Part shown: in pieces, positions 19,319 through 29,440 of the stretch
How positions within the stretch are numbered: position 1 is the first letter of the stretch
Layout of the letters: each line of letters opens with the position of its first letter
NCBI GenBank assembly: GCA_016187485.1
Contig: JACPJO010000005.1
Span: 226,385-290,384, forward strand
Length of the DNA stretch: 64,000 nucleotides
DNA from: Candidatus Uhrbacteria bacterium
GTDB lineage: Bacteria; Patescibacteriota; Patescibacteriia; UBA9934; UBA10169
Direction of reading: 5' to 3'
Notes under the pieces: generated by a model
Told to the model about the DNA's origin: nothing
The model's input: the letters and a program-made list of their open reading frames with translations, nothing else
Database searches by the model: none
Translations under genes and position numbers: made by a program

Positions 19319-19550
19319 AGGTATCGTCCACGGCCTCTACACTGCGTACAGCGGGAAGAGAGTCACAGAGCAGAGATTCAATTCCCATCTTAAGCGTTAA
19401 AGAGGAGAGCGGACACCCCTTGCAGGCGCCGTGAAATCGGATAAACACCGTGCCAGACTTTGCATCGAAAGACACAAACTCAAGACTCCCGCCATGCCGC
19501 GCAAGGGCGGGTTTTGCTTCCTCAAGAAGAGCTTGGATTTCCGCTTCCAT
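19302..19550 (-). CDS. NifU/NfuA-like domain protein
   Basis: PALARHGG...GACKGCPLSSLTLKMGIE. Confidence 0.9.
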   Translation of the reverse strand: MEAEIQALLEEAKPALARHGGSLEFVSFDAKSGTVFIRFHGACKGCPLSSLTLKMGIESLLCDSLPAVRSVEAVDDTYETTA

Positions 19551-19608
19551 GCGAGAGCTATGGTAGCAAAAACGAGGCTCTCCGTCGAACCTCGTTCTTT
19601 CATTTGTC

Positions 19609-19902
19609 TTAAGCGGCCACGGGTTGAAAGGGCTCAATGTGGACGTAGGTGCGGCGTTTCAGAGCTCCCGAATGTGTGGCCGATCGCTTTTGATTGAAAC
19701 GGACGATGCCCGTGATTGCTGCGTAGAGCGTGTCGTCTCCCCCGCGACGTACAAAACGTCCCGGGTGAACCGTCGTACCGCGTTGACGGACCAAAATAGC
19801 GCCGGCGTGTGCTTTTGCACCGTCAGAAAGTTTTACGCCAAGCCGTTTAGATTGGGACTCCCGGCCGTTTTGTGTAGAACCAGCCGCTTTTTTATGGGCC
19901 AT
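19609..19902 (-). CDS. rpmA: 50S ribosomal protein L27
   Basis: [24 protein letters not shown]...ILVRQRGT. Confidence 0.97.
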   Translation of the reverse strand: MAHKKAAGSTQNGRESQSKRLGVKLSDGAKAHAGAILVRQRGTTVHPGRFVRRGGDDTLYAAITGIVRFNQKRSATHSGALKRRTYVHIEPFQPVAA

Positions 19903-19988
19903 ACAAATTTGAGAGGGTAAAAAGGATGGTGAGAAAGGTACCGGATAAGGGAATTTTTGTCAAAGCCAACTGGCTGCCTTGAGCACCT

Positions 19989-20543
19989 TTATCGCGGAAC
20001 CGGTCTTACGGTTTTCAACATCTCCATGACTTCTTCTTTGGATACAACGGGATTTGACATCCATGGAGCATCATAATTCTCTGGGGGCGGCTCTGTGCTT
20101 TCAACACCAAGAAAGACAAAATAATCGTGCGCGCTCTCCGCATCGTCTTTCACATCCATCGCCACACCAAACCAACATCCCCCACATGCGCCAGTATAAA
20201 ACGTGGCGTTTTGTGTTGTTGCAATAGGTGTCTGCCCTCTATAGATCGATATGTCTTCTGGGGCAATCTGCATAACAAGTTTCGTCTGATATGGTTTCTC
20301 CGCGACAAGAATCTTTGTTGTTGATATCGTCTTCCCTGGTTTTCGTTCAAAAGACTCGACCTTCCACCCAGTAGGAAGAGTAAGCAGCACGTTTCCATCG
20401 CCAAAGGTTTCCCCGGTCAAAACAGAGGCGCTCGATGACGAAGAGACGCCGGAGTTTATCGGCACCTGCGTTTTTTGTGCGCATCCTGCCCCCAACAAAA
20501 GGAGTGGGACAAGGATCCAAAAAGTTCTATTCATAGAGAACAT
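19989..20543 (-). CDS. Putative lipoprotein
   Basis: Signal peptide with lipobox LLGAGC. Confidence 0.7.
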   Translation of the reverse strand: MFSMNRTFWILVPLLLLGAGCAQKTQVPINSGVSSSSSASVLTGETFGDGNVLLTLPTGWKVESFERKPGKTISTTKILVAEKPYQTKLVMQIAPEDISIYRGQTPIATTQNATFYTGACGGCWFGVAMDVKDDAESAHDYFVFLGVESTEPPPENYDAPWMSNPVVSKEEVMEMLKTVRPVPR

Positions 20544-20561
20544 GGTTGGGCCACAAAGCGC

Positions 20562-20888
20562 TTACGGCGTAATCTGCGGAAACACTTGAATGGCGCGCAC
20601 AGCATCAATCTCGTCCTTTGGGAGAACCTTGAATTTTTCAAGACCTTCCAAGAGGCGCCTAAAGCGATTATCTTCCTTACGCTGACGAGCCACAATGGAA
20701 CCCTCAAGATCAGCCAACTTATCATCCATGTGATCTAGAATGCGATGCTCCATAACACGAAGATCTTCCTTTGTCGCGAAGGACTTCGCATCATCTTTCG
20801 TAACAAAAGACTTCGCATCTTCCTTTGTAACCATATTCTCCTGAAGAAACTCCAGAAGCTCATTTGTTGTAATATCGCGATCCGTCAT
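20562..20888 (-). CDS. Small coiled-coil protein with 9-aa tandem repeats
   Basis: VTKEDAKSF VTKDDAKSF ATKEDL. Confidence 0.7.
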   Translation of the reverse strand: MTDRDITTNELLEFLQENMVTKEDAKSFVTKDDAKSFATKEDLRVMEHRILDHMDDKLADLEGSIVARQRKEDNRFRRLLEGLEKFKVLPKDEIDAVRAIQVFPQITP

Positions 20889-20913
20889 ATATCCACAGTC
20901 TACTCTCCTAAAT

Positions 20914-22539
20914 TTACTTCTTCAACGCCGCTTTGATAAACTCTCGAAATAACGGATGCGGATGCAGAGGGCGGGAGAGAAATTCGGGATGAAACTGCAC
21001 GCCCACAAACCACGGGTGTTTTTTAAGCTCAATGATCTCTACAAGTCCTGACTCCGGATTCACCCCCGATATCACCAGTCCTTTACGCTCCATGTCTGCG
21101 CGATAGTCGTTGTTGAATTCGTAACGGTGGCGATGACGCTCGGAGATATGCGACTTTTTATACGCCCGGAACGTTTTCGATCCGCGCGCGACATCACACG
21201 CATAAGCCCCAAGTCGCATGGTCCCGCCATAACGATTCTTGCGGACATTTTCTTCCTGTTTGGGATTGATGTGAATAATAGGGTCTGGTGTTTTCGGATC
21301 CACCTCAACCGTATGCGCCCTTTTCTTTCCGAGTACGTGCCGCGCAAACTCCACGCACGCCAACTGCATGCCGTAACACAAACCAAAATAGGGAATCTTC
21401 TGCTCACGCGCATAACGAATCGCCGCGATAACCCCCTCAATCCCCCGCGTGCCAAATCCTCCCGGCACCAATACTCCGCCAAAATTCCTCAATTCGGCCA
21501 CTTTGCGCGTTCCGTCTTCGAACTCCTCCGAATTAATCCATGTGAGCTCCGCACGGATACCATTTGCCCACGCGGCATGCTTCAGTGCCTGGATCACAGA
21601 AATATACGAATCCGAAAGTGTGTAATCCCCCGTGTTGAAATATTTTCCCACCACGGCAATCCGCACAGCGCGTTTTGCGTGCAGAGAAACATGTACCATT
21701 TTTTTCCAGGCATTCATGTTTGCGCGCCGCGGAGGAAGACCAAGCTTACGCAGTATATGCGCGCCCATCCCCTGCTCCTCAAGACGCAGAGGGATCTCAT
21801 AAATGCTCGGCACGTCAGGAGCAGAAATCACATCATCGGGTTTCACGTTGCATAAGATGGAGAGCTTCTCGCGGCGCGGCCGATCCATGTCCTGCTCTCC
21901 ACGGCACACAATAAAATCCGGGTGAATTCCTGCCGAGTTGAGTGAGCGTGTAGCGTATTGGGTCGGCTTCGTTTTCATTTCGCCCAGATGTCGAGGTACA
22001 GGCAGATAACTCACCAGAACAAAGAGTACATCATCTGGTTGCTCCAGGTGCAGCATGCGTGCAGCCTCCAAAAAAAGAATGTTCTGGTACTCCCCCACCG
22101 TGCCACCAACTTCTACAATCGTCACGTCCGCTTGGTTCATTTTTGCCGCACGTTTGATGCGGTCAATCACCTCAAGAGGGATATGCGGAACGACTTCCAC
22201 ACACTTCCCGTGATACCCAAGGTTGCGCTCGCGCTCGATCACCGACAGATACACGCGCCCCGTTGTCATGTAATTCGTCGAAAGAAGGTCGGTGTCTAAA
22301 AACCGTTCATAGTTCCCCATATCCTGATCCGTCTCATCCCCATCGTTCGTCACAAATACTTCTCCATGTTCGACAGGATTCATGGTGCCGGCATCCACAT
22401 TCACATACGGATCAATCTTGATGGCGGTGACGCGATACCCCCGCGCTTGCATAATGCGTCCGATAGACGCCGTCGTCACTCCCTTGCCCACGCCAGACAT
22501 GACCCCGCCAATAACGAAAATAAATTTATGGTGCTTCAT
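20914..22539 (-). CDS. pyrG: CTP synthase
   Basis: GGVMSGVGKG, DPYVNVDAGTM, GLCYGMQ, ERHRHRYE, QFHPEF. Confidence 0.97.
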   Translation of the reverse strand: MKHHKFIFVIGGVMSGVGKGVTTASIGRIMQARGYRVTAIKIDPYVNVDAGTMNPVEHGEVFVTNDGDETDQDMGNYERFLDTDLLSTNYMTTGRVYLSVIERERNLGYHGKCVEVVPHIPLEVIDRIKRAAKMNQADVTIVEVGGTVGEYQNILFLEAARMLHLEQPDDVLFVLVSYLPVPRHLGEMKTKPTQYATRSLNSAGIHPDFIVCRGEQDMDRPRREKLSILCNVKPDDVISAPDVPSIYEIPLRLEEQGMGAHILRKLGLPPRRANMNAWKKMVHVSLHAKRAVRIAVVGKYFNTGDYTLSDSYISVIQALKHAAWANGIRAELTWINSEEFEDGTRKVAELRNFGGVLVPGGFGTRGIEGVIAAIRYAREQKIPYFGLCYGMQLACVEFARHVLGKKRAHTVEVDPKTPDPIIHINPKQEENVRKNRYGGTMRLGAYACDVARGSKTFRAYKKSHISERHRHRYEFNNDYRADMERKGLVISGVNPESGLVEIIELKKHPWFVGVQFHPEFLSRPLHPHPLFREFIKAALKK

Positions 22540-22548
22540 AAAGACAAA

Positions 22549-22998
22549 TCAGCCGGTCGGGGCTGATTCGATAGTAAGACGGATGTTGGCTTCAAAGCCG
22601 CCATCAAAATTGATGAGAACCGGATACTCTCCCGTACTCTTGATCGGCCGCATCTCCACTTGCTCGGGCGACACGGCATATCCCTCTTTGCGAAGAGCCT
22701 TTGCGACATCTTTTTCATGCACTGCTCCGTAGAGAGCGCCCTCTGGGGTAGCTTTAAACGCCAACGTCATCTCGAGTCCATCCAGTTTCGCCGCCAATGC
22801 ACGGGATCCTTTTTCTGTATTCTTTTTTTCCCGCACGCGCGCGGCTGCCTGTGCTTTCATTTTAGCAAGCGCCGCCGGAGATGCTTCTACCGCGATATGC
22901 TCCGGGAACAAAAAGTTAAGCGCGTAGCCGGGCGCAACGTTCACCACGTCACCCACATGGCCTAACCCCTTATGTTCTTTTTGCAGAATCACCTTCAT
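22549..22998 (-). CDS. rplI: 50S ribosomal protein L9
   Basis: MKVILQK...LGHVGDVVNVAPGYALNFL. Confidence 0.96.
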   Translation of the reverse strand: MKVILQKEHKGLGHVGDVVNVAPGYALNFLFPEHIAVEASPAALAKMKAQAAARVREKKNTEKGSRALAAKLDGLEMTLAFKATPEGALYGAVHEKDVAKALRKEGYAVSPEQVEMRPIKSTGEYPVLINFDGGFEANIRLTIESAPTG

Positions 22999-23009
22999 AA
23001 ACGATGGGA

Positions 23010-23738
23010 TTATAGCACAGCCTCACTTCCTTTCCATTCTGCATATAGTTTGCCCGCAGCCGCAACGGCAAATGGAGGCACGAGAATATGTACGCCCGGA
23101 ATAAGGAGGAGGAGCACGAGAGGAAGTGCGAAAGCGGCCACGGATACCGGGTGAGTAAGAAGCAGACGAACACGCGCGGGAAATCGCTCTCCTTGCAAGG
23201 TGAACGCCTCGCCGAAAAACTCAAAAGCAAGCAAGAGGGCGCCGAGCAGAATCACTCCAATGGCATAGATGAGAGAACCGATCCCGGGCAAAACATTGAT
23301 GAGGAGAAGAAGCGTGTGGCCCAAGAGAAACAGAAGAATAAGCTGGATGGTGTAGACGATACCGCGTTGTATCTCCTGCCAAGCGGACACTTCCTTTGTT
23401 ATCATCCCTGCCTCGTGCAAAACAGCACGGGCAATGTCCCCATACCACGGAGCACCGATAATAAGCGTTGTGGCGCTAAAGAAAAGAATACCCATTATAA
23501 GGATAACGAGTCCTAACAGAATCCCTGCGCCAATCGCAAGAGCACTCGTGAGCGTCCCGGCAGGAATAAGAAAGGCAAACAACGCCATCCCTCCCCATAC
23601 CCCCAGACCAACAAAGAGAATAAGGAGAACCGCGTTTATAAGCGCCGGTACCCACAACAGACGACGGCGATCCGCCGAATCCATCACGAACCGCCAGCTC
23701 CAGGCAAACGCCCTAAGACTTTTCTGCACCTCCTTCAT
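23010..23738 (-). CDS. EI24/CysZ-family membrane protein
   Basis: IIGAPWYGDIA, INVLPGIG; several TM helices. Confidence 0.75.
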   Translation of the reverse strand: MKEVQKSLRAFAWSWRFVMDSADRRRLLWVPALINAVLLILFVGLGVWGGMALFAFLIPAGTLTSALAIGAGILLGLVILIMGILFFSATTLIIGAPWYGDIARAVLHEAGMITKEVSAWQEIQRGIVYTIQLILLFLLGHTLLLLINVLPGIGSLIYAIGVILLGALLLAFEFFGEAFTLQGERFPARVRLLLTHPVSVAAFALPLVLLLLIPGVHILVPPFAVAAAGKLYAEWKGSEAVL

Positions 23739-24267
23739 AGGGACGAAGATGATAGCGGCGTTCAATGGTGCGAATCGCCTGCCGGACAATGTCTTCCATA
23801 TTTTCGTAGCTCGACCGTTTCAGGACGTCGTACATAGGCACCCACAGCCCGCGTTTGATCTGCTCACCGTGTCCGCCGAGACGCCGTTCAATGCGAATGT
23901 TGGCATGGCGATCCGTCTCGAACAAATAGTAATGGATGAACTTGTGAATCAGATACCCCTTGTAAACGAATCGATCACGGAACCAGATGTCGTTCGTTCC
24001 AAGACGCCGAAGCAACCGCAGATTGCGCACGCCCATCTCTTCATAAATTTCGCGCGCGGCGCATTCCACCAACCGTTCTCCTCGACGCACATGTCCCTTC
24101 GGGAACGCGAGCTTGCCATAAGAATCCACGATCATCGCAAACACCACGCCACGTTGCGTGCGCTTAAACACGATACCGCCCGCCGCAACTTCACGGCGCA
24201 TCTTGGGCGCAGGTTTCGCCGCGGGTTCCTGTTCGTGGAGTTCAGTTTCTACCGGCAAGGTTTGCAT
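23713..24267 (-). CDS. NUDIX hydrolase (Ap4A hydrolase-like)
   Basis: AAGGIV, FPKGHV...AAREIYEEMG. Confidence 0.85.
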   Translation of the reverse strand: MQTLPVETELHEQEPAAKPAPKMRREVAAGGIVFKRTQRGVVFAMIVDSYGKLAFPKGHVRRGERLVECAAREIYEEMGVRNLRLLRRLGTNDIWFRDRFVYKGYLIHKFIHYYLFETDRHANIRIERRLGGHGEQIKRGLWVPMYDVLKRSSYENMEDIVRQAIRTIERRYHLRPYEGGAEKS

Positions 24268-25489
24268 ACGTTCCTAAAATGATTTCCCCCGCCGCTTCCA
24301 TCTGCGGGTCTTCCCCTGCTGCCGCATCTTCTGCCGTAAACGCTACAGAAATATCCGGTGTAATCCCCACTTCGTGAATGGAATGGCCATTTGGCGTAAG
24401 CCATTCCGCCACGGTTAGCTTCACAGATGAATCATCCGGCAGTGTTTGGTAGTCCTGCACAGAGCCTTTGCCAAAGGTCTGTTCTCCCACAATCGTTGCC
24501 AGACCATAATCCTGAAGAGCCCCGGCAAAAATTTCCGACGCACTCGCCGAGCCGCCATTGACCAGCACCACGGTCTTCATCTCGGCAAGACGCGCCTGCC
24601 CCGACGCGCGGATAGGCGTGTCCACACCCCGTACGCGCTCGATCACCGCCGGTCGACCGGCAACCCACTCGCCGGTAATACGCACGACTTCATCAAGCAG
24701 ACCGCCGGGGTTGTTGCGGACATCCACCACGATCCCCCTTACATCCTTCGTGAGAATGTCTTGCACCGCCTCCTCAAAGAGAGAGAACACCTCTTCGTTA
24801 AAGAATACGATAGTGATGCGCGCCACGTTATCTTCTCCCACTTCCCACTTCACACTTTTTATGCGAATGGTGCCGCGCGTAATCGTGCTCTCAAATGCTT
24901 CGCCACGCCCATCGCGCGCAAAAAGAATTGTCACAGCTGTCCCTCCCGGACCGCGGATTTTTCGCACAGCGTCTTCCACCGTCATACCAGACGTATCCTC
25001 TCCATCGATAGCAAAAATCTTGTCGCCTGCCAGCACACCGGCTCGGGATGCGGGAGTTTCAGGAAGCGGTGCGATCACTTGAAGCTGCTCATCGCGAATG
25101 CCAATTTCCATCCCCACTCCCTCGAAACTTCCATTCAGCTCTTCTTGAAATGCTTCTGTATCTTCGGGGTTAAAGAATGTGGAGTACGGATCTCCGGCCC
25201 CCGCCACAAGTCCACGAAGGGCGCCATAAAATAATTCCTTGTCGGACACCGGCTGGCGATAGTAATTGTCCTTGATGTAGTTCCACACATCCCAGAAGAG
25301 ACCGAAATCGACATCCTCGGAAAAGGAGGGGCTGGCAAAGTTGCCGATCCCAAGAACACGCCCTTCCCCCTCTGGCACACGCGCGCGGCCGCTTGTCTCA
25401 CGCCCCACAAAAAACCCCGTGGCAAATCCGACAATAATCAGCACGGCAAAAAAGAGGCCCAAGACTGATCGGGAAAATGTTCGCTTCAT
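24242..25489 (-). CDS. S41 carboxy-terminal processing protease with PDZ domain
   Basis: GDPYS, GVGMEI, DVRNNPGGLL, SASASEI, TFGKGSVQ. Confidence 0.93.
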   Translation of the reverse strand: MKRTFSRSVLGLFFAVLIIVGFATGFFVGRETSGRARVPEGEGRVLGIGNFASPSFSEDVDFGLFWDVWNYIKDNYYRQPVSDKELFYGALRGLVAGAGDPYSTFFNPEDTEAFQEELNGSFEGVGMEIGIRDEQLQVIAPLPETPASRAGVLAGDKIFAIDGEDTSGMTVEDAVRKIRGPGGTAVTILFARDGRGEAFESTITRGTIRIKSVKWEVGEDNVARITIVFFNEEVFSLFEEAVQDILTKDVRGIVVDVRNNPGGLLDEVVRITGEWVAGRPAVIERVRGVDTPIRASGQARLAEMKTVVLVNGGSASASEIFAGALQDYGLATIVGEQTFGKGSVQDYQTLPDDSSVKLTVAEWLTPNGHSIHEVGITPDISVAFTAEDAAAGEDPQMEAAGEIILGTYANLAGRN

Positions 25490-25583
25490 AATCTCCCCCA
25501 GTGTACCGGAGGCCTTGACCCTGGTCAAAGGAATTGGTAGAGTCGCTGGTCTGCAGGAGTCTTTCTGCAGAAAGGAGCGCACG

Positions 25584-26951
25584 ATGAGCCTCCCGGAATC
25601 TTGGACCTCTGAAAAACCGATTCTCGTATACCTCGACTTGGCAAACATGCGCCATGGGCAGGGTCTCGACCCGAGCCTCCTCACCCAGCGCATGCGATTC
25701 GTTCACATGGTGGCACGGCGGCACGGACGTATCCGGCGCATGGTGCTCTTTATGGACGTCGTGGCATTCGAGCCAATCTTGGAGCCGGTTGCCGAAGAAG
25801 CTGCGCGGCTCGGATTCATCATCCAGCACTGCCCACCCTTCGTGGGCAGGACACGCAAAGAGAGTGTGGATCGGCACATCCTCTGTGAACTCCAGATGCT
25901 TCTGGGAGAGGGCATTCGTCCGCACCAGGTGATTCTGGGTTCGGGAGACGGCGACTTTGCCGATGCCGCCACGTACCTTCGCAACAATGGCCACTTCGTG
26001 ATGGTTTTCCATGTGGGGCACGCCGCGCGAGTTCTCCTCGAGGCGGCAGATGCTTCCTACTCGCTGCGTCACCCCGCACAAGCAGGCGCGGCCGCGCGGC
26101 ACGCTGCCTTGCACCGTTTTGTGCAAGAGCACCTCGAGGACCTGCGCCTGCGCATACAGGGGTTTGGAAAGACACGTCACCTTACCCCCGCGGAGTATCG
26201 CCTGCTGCGCGCACTCATCATCGCCATCAACTACCACGTGTCGCAGCCTTCGGCACTCACGGACACGGATCTGGCGGTAGCTCTGCATCGGATTTCGAGG
26301 ACGGCGTACCTCGAGACCATCGAGATACCCTTCTTCGACCTGACAGTCTCAAACATCGGGTTCATAAACAGAATCTGGACAAGGAAAACTCCAGACCACA
26401 TCGCCCTTCTTAGAGTGGAACACCCTCTCGTCCAGTTCATCCTGGAAAAGTGGCGGCCAATCGAGGAGGCAATTCTGCAGGAAAGCCCTTCCCCTGTGGA
26501 AGAAACCGGTGAGACGCCTGGAACAGAGGATCCGGCAGATGCAGAAGGGCCTGTCATGGGCGCCGAGACATCCGGAGCGGATTCCACAGAGCCGGCGACC
26601 GATACGACAATGTCGGAAACCGCAGAGACGGCACCCGACACCACAGAGGCAGAGCTGGGACTTCCACAAGAAGTGATCCCGCTCCGCCTTCCAAGTCCGG
26701 TGCCTCTCCACAACGGCGCGCTCGCCACATGGGCGCTCGATCAGCTCAAGGAACGCCTCGCCCAAGCACGTCCTGGCGACCGGACGCGCCAGCCAGCGTC
26801 AGTCGTAAGCTGGCTCATGGGCCAAAGTCCTCCTCCCTCTCCATCCCGCGAGGACATCCGCGTGGCGTTGGAAGATCTGGTAGCACAAGGCGACTTGACC
26901 CGACGGGGTTCGGGAAGTCGCACGTACTTTTTCCTGCGCTGGGAATCATAG
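25584..26951 (+). CDS. NYN (PIN-like) domain protein with an acidic linker and a C-terminal winged helix
   Basis: VYLDLAN, KESVD, ILGSGDGDFA; SD AAGGAG before ATG at 25584. Confidence 0.8.
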   Translation: MSLPESWTSEKPILVYLDLANMRHGQGLDPSLLTQRMRFVHMVARRHGRIRRMVLFMDVVAFEPILEPVAEEAARLGFIIQHCPPFVGRTRKESVDRHILCELQMLLGEGIRPHQVILGSGDGDFADAATYLRNNGHFVMVFHVGHAARVLLEAADASYSLRHPAQAGAAARHAALHRFVQEHLEDLRLRIQGFGKTRHLTPAEYRLLRALIIAINYHVSQPSALTDTDLAVALHRISRTAYLETIEIPFFDLTVSNIGFINRIWTRKTPDHIALLRVEHPLVQFILEKWRPIEEAILQESPSPVEETGETPGTEDPADAEGPVMGAETSGADSTEPATDTTMSETAETAPDTTEAELGLPQEVIPLRLPSPVPLHNGALATWALDQLKERLAQARPGDRTRQPASVVSWLMGQSPPPSPSREDIRVALEDLVAQGDLTRRGSGSRTYFFLRWES

Positions 26952-26966
26952 ACCAGCGCTTCTCCC

Positions 26967-26988
26967 AAGCCCGGGTTTCCGGGCTTTT
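26967..26988 (+). terminator. Terminator after the NYN gene
   Basis: aagcccgg-gttt-ccgggctttt. Confidence 0.65.
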
Positions 26989-27011
26989 CAAATTGCCGTT
27001 TTTCTGCAACA

Positions 27012-28355
27012 ATGCCGCCCATTATGGAGAAGCACGCACGCAGTATTCTTTTCTGGAGCTTCTTCTTTGTTTTTCTCCTCATCGCTCCGCTGGTGATTCT
27101 TTATACATCAGGTTACCGCTATAACCCTGCCACGAAACGCTTGGCGCAAACCGGGGGAATCTCTGTCACTTCCATCCCGCGCGGAGCCGCGCTTACACTG
27201 AACGGCAAACGCACAAAGTATCTCTCTCCAGCGCTTCTACGATTCGTCCCCCCAGGAGCCGCAACTCTGCGGATTTCCAAAGAGGAATTTTTGCCTCTCG
27301 ATATGCGCTTCCCCGTTGTGCGCAGACAGACCGCACTGCTTGAAGACATTGTCCTATGGCGCAGAAGCGTGCCGACGCCGCTTGAGCAAGACCCCACTCT
27401 TCTTACCCCCAATCACCGAGGAACAACATATGCCCTCGCCGTCACAAGCGGAAACTGGACCGAAGTATGGATGGTAGATTTTCGCGATCCCAAGAAACGT
27501 CTCTTGATCACCCGTCTGCCCTCACTCGCAACAGGTCGCCTTATCATTGAATGGTCGCCAGACGACGAGTGGATTCTGCTTGTGCCGAAGGACAGGCCCG
27601 CAGATTCTCTCTTTGTGCGATTCGACGGGACACAGCCCGCACGCACAGCAGAAACCATTTCAAAAGCTCTAACCTCCCCGCTTTCTTCCATCACCTGGAT
27701 AGAAGGAGATCCCCACCGACTTCTGGCCACGACAAAAAATGGAAGCCTTCTGTGGGAACCAGGAAGAGCAGCGGAAAATATTCCCGTTGAAGCCGTGCTC
27801 GCAAAACGGGGTGAGCGCATCTACACGCTGGCCACGGACAAAAATAGAACAGTTGTCATGGAAGGATACGGACTGGAAGGGATGCCCCTCGCAAGCCTTC
27901 CGCCCTCTTCTTATCGTTTTGCGGAAAGTCCAGAAACATATCTGACGCTCTCTGATAAAACATCGCTTGTGGTTCTCTCTCTTGCATCAAAGGAAAACTC
28001 GCTCGTTCTTAAAACCGACGCCACCATGTTTGCATGGAGTCCAGACAAGAAAAGTATTGCGTATAGTAATGGGTACACAACCGCCCTTCTGCATCTGCCG
28101 TCTGGAAAGACAACAATCCTTTCGCACACAAGCGACCCCTCAACCGCACTCGCGTGGCACCCGAAAGGCACAGCGCTCGTGATAGCAGAAGCAAAAGAAC
28201 TTGTCGCGTATGACCTCTCCGTGGGTCGTGCAGTAACGCCTCTCACGGCTGCACGCGGTGTATCAACAATTATCTTTGAAAAAGACGGGGAAGCGTTTTG
28301 GTTTTTGGGGAACGTGAATGAGGCCAACGGGCTTTACCAAATACGCGTGCGCTAA
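27012..28355 (+). CDS. Membrane-anchored PEGA domain plus beta-propeller protein
   Basis: YTSGYRY...TGGISVTSIPRGA; WSPD repeats. Confidence 0.8.
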   Translation: MPPIMEKHARSILFWSFFFVFLLIAPLVILYTSGYRYNPATKRLAQTGGISVTSIPRGAALTLNGKRTKYLSPALLRFVPPGAATLRISKEEFLPLDMRFPVVRRQTALLEDIVLWRRSVPTPLEQDPTLLTPNHRGTTYALAVTSGNWTEVWMVDFRDPKKRLLITRLPSLATGRLIIEWSPDDEWILLVPKDRPADSLFVRFDGTQPARTAETISKALTSPLSSITWIEGDPHRLLATTKNGSLLWEPGRAAENIPVEAVLAKRGERIYTLATDKNRTVVMEGYGLEGMPLASLPPSSYRFAESPETYLTLSDKTSLVVLSLASKENSLVLKTDATMFAWSPDKKSIAYSNGYTTALLHLPSGKTTILSHTSDPSTALAWHPKGTALVIAEAKELVAYDLSVGRAVTPLTAARGVSTIIFEKDGEAFWFLGNVNEANGLYQIRVR

Positions 28356-29440
28356 AGTTCCACTTTTGAATTTTCGCCAATAACCATGCGATGTCCCGAA
28401 TGCGGGAGAGAGTCCCCCTTTGCCGTCACTTCGGTGTTGCGTCCGAGAATCGAATCCACAATACGCTCTGGCGAAGTGATCTTCGCGCCTTCAAGCACAA
28501 TCGAGTGTTCAATTTCGCCCCCGTCGATGACGACGTCATTTCCGATGGCGGTGTAGGGACCGAGATACGCGTTCTGAACGGCAACGCGTTCGCCAATCGT
28601 CACCGGACCTCGAATCACGACGTCGGAGCTGATATGAGCGGCGGCCTCGATACGCACGGGGCCCTGAATCGTCGCACCAACCTCAACCGTCGCTCCCGCA
28701 TCGATCGTCCAAAACGCGCTTGGTTTGTCGTTCATGATGAGCTGGTTCCCCTCAAGAAAGTCACGCGGCATGCCCGTGTCCTTCCACCACCCCGTGATTT
28801 CTTCCGCACCGACCTTGTAGCCATTTTGTAAAAACCACGTGTGGATATCGCTGATCTCGTACTCGCCGCGATCACTCGGTTGGATATTTTTGAACGCCTC
28901 AAAAAAACTTTTGTCGTAGAGGTAAATGCCCGTAACCGCCATCTCGCTCGGCGGCACTTTGGGTTTTTCGTGAACGCGCACGAGATTGCCTTCCGCATCG
29001 AACTCCGCTACGCCGAGGTGCGTGGGATTCGGGACGTGTGAGAGAGCTAAGAGACAGTGAAGCGCTTCGCGCTCAAATCGTTCCACAAATCGTTTGAGGC
29101 TACCCAGAATAATATTGTCGCCCAAGTAGAACACGAACGGCTCCTCGCCGATCCAATGTTGTGCGTTATTGACGGCATGCGCGATGCCCTTCGGTCCACC
29201 TTGCTGTTCAAGGTACGTGATCGAAACACCCCAGCGCGAACCGTCGCCAACCGCGCGCTCCATTTCCGCATCGCCCGGATTAATGTTGATAGCGATCTCT
29301 TTAATACCCGCTTCAGAAATTTTCTCGATAGCATTAAAAATTAGCGGGCGGTTGGCCAACGGAATCAAATGTTTGTTCATGGTCCACGTGATCGGGCGAA
29401 ATCGCGTGGCGTGCCCGCCAGCGGCAATGAGAGCTTTCAT
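28352..29440 (-). CDS. rfbA: Glucose-1-phosphate thymidylyltransferase, long form
   Basis: AGGHATRFRPIT..NKHL, YLGDN, EKP, RGEYEISD, WWKDTG, C-terminal beta-helix. Confidence 0.9.
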   Translation of the reverse strand: MKALIAAGGHATRFRPITWTMNKHLIPLANRPLIFNAIEKISEAGIKEIAININPGDAEMERAVGDGSRWGVSITYLEQQGGPKGIAHAVNNAQHWIGEEPFVFYLGDNIILGSLKRFVERFEREALHCLLALSHVPNPTHLGVAEFDAEGNLVRVHEKPKVPPSEMAVTGIYLYDKSFFEAFKNIQPSDRGEYEISDIHTWFLQNGYKVGAEEITGWWKDTGMPRDFLEGNQLIMNDKPSAFWTIDAGATVEVGATIQGPVRIEAAAHISSDVVIRGPVTIGERVAVQNAYLGPYTAIGNDVVIDGGEIEHSIVLEGAKITSPERIVDSILGRNTEVTAKGDSLPHSGHRMVIGENSKVEL

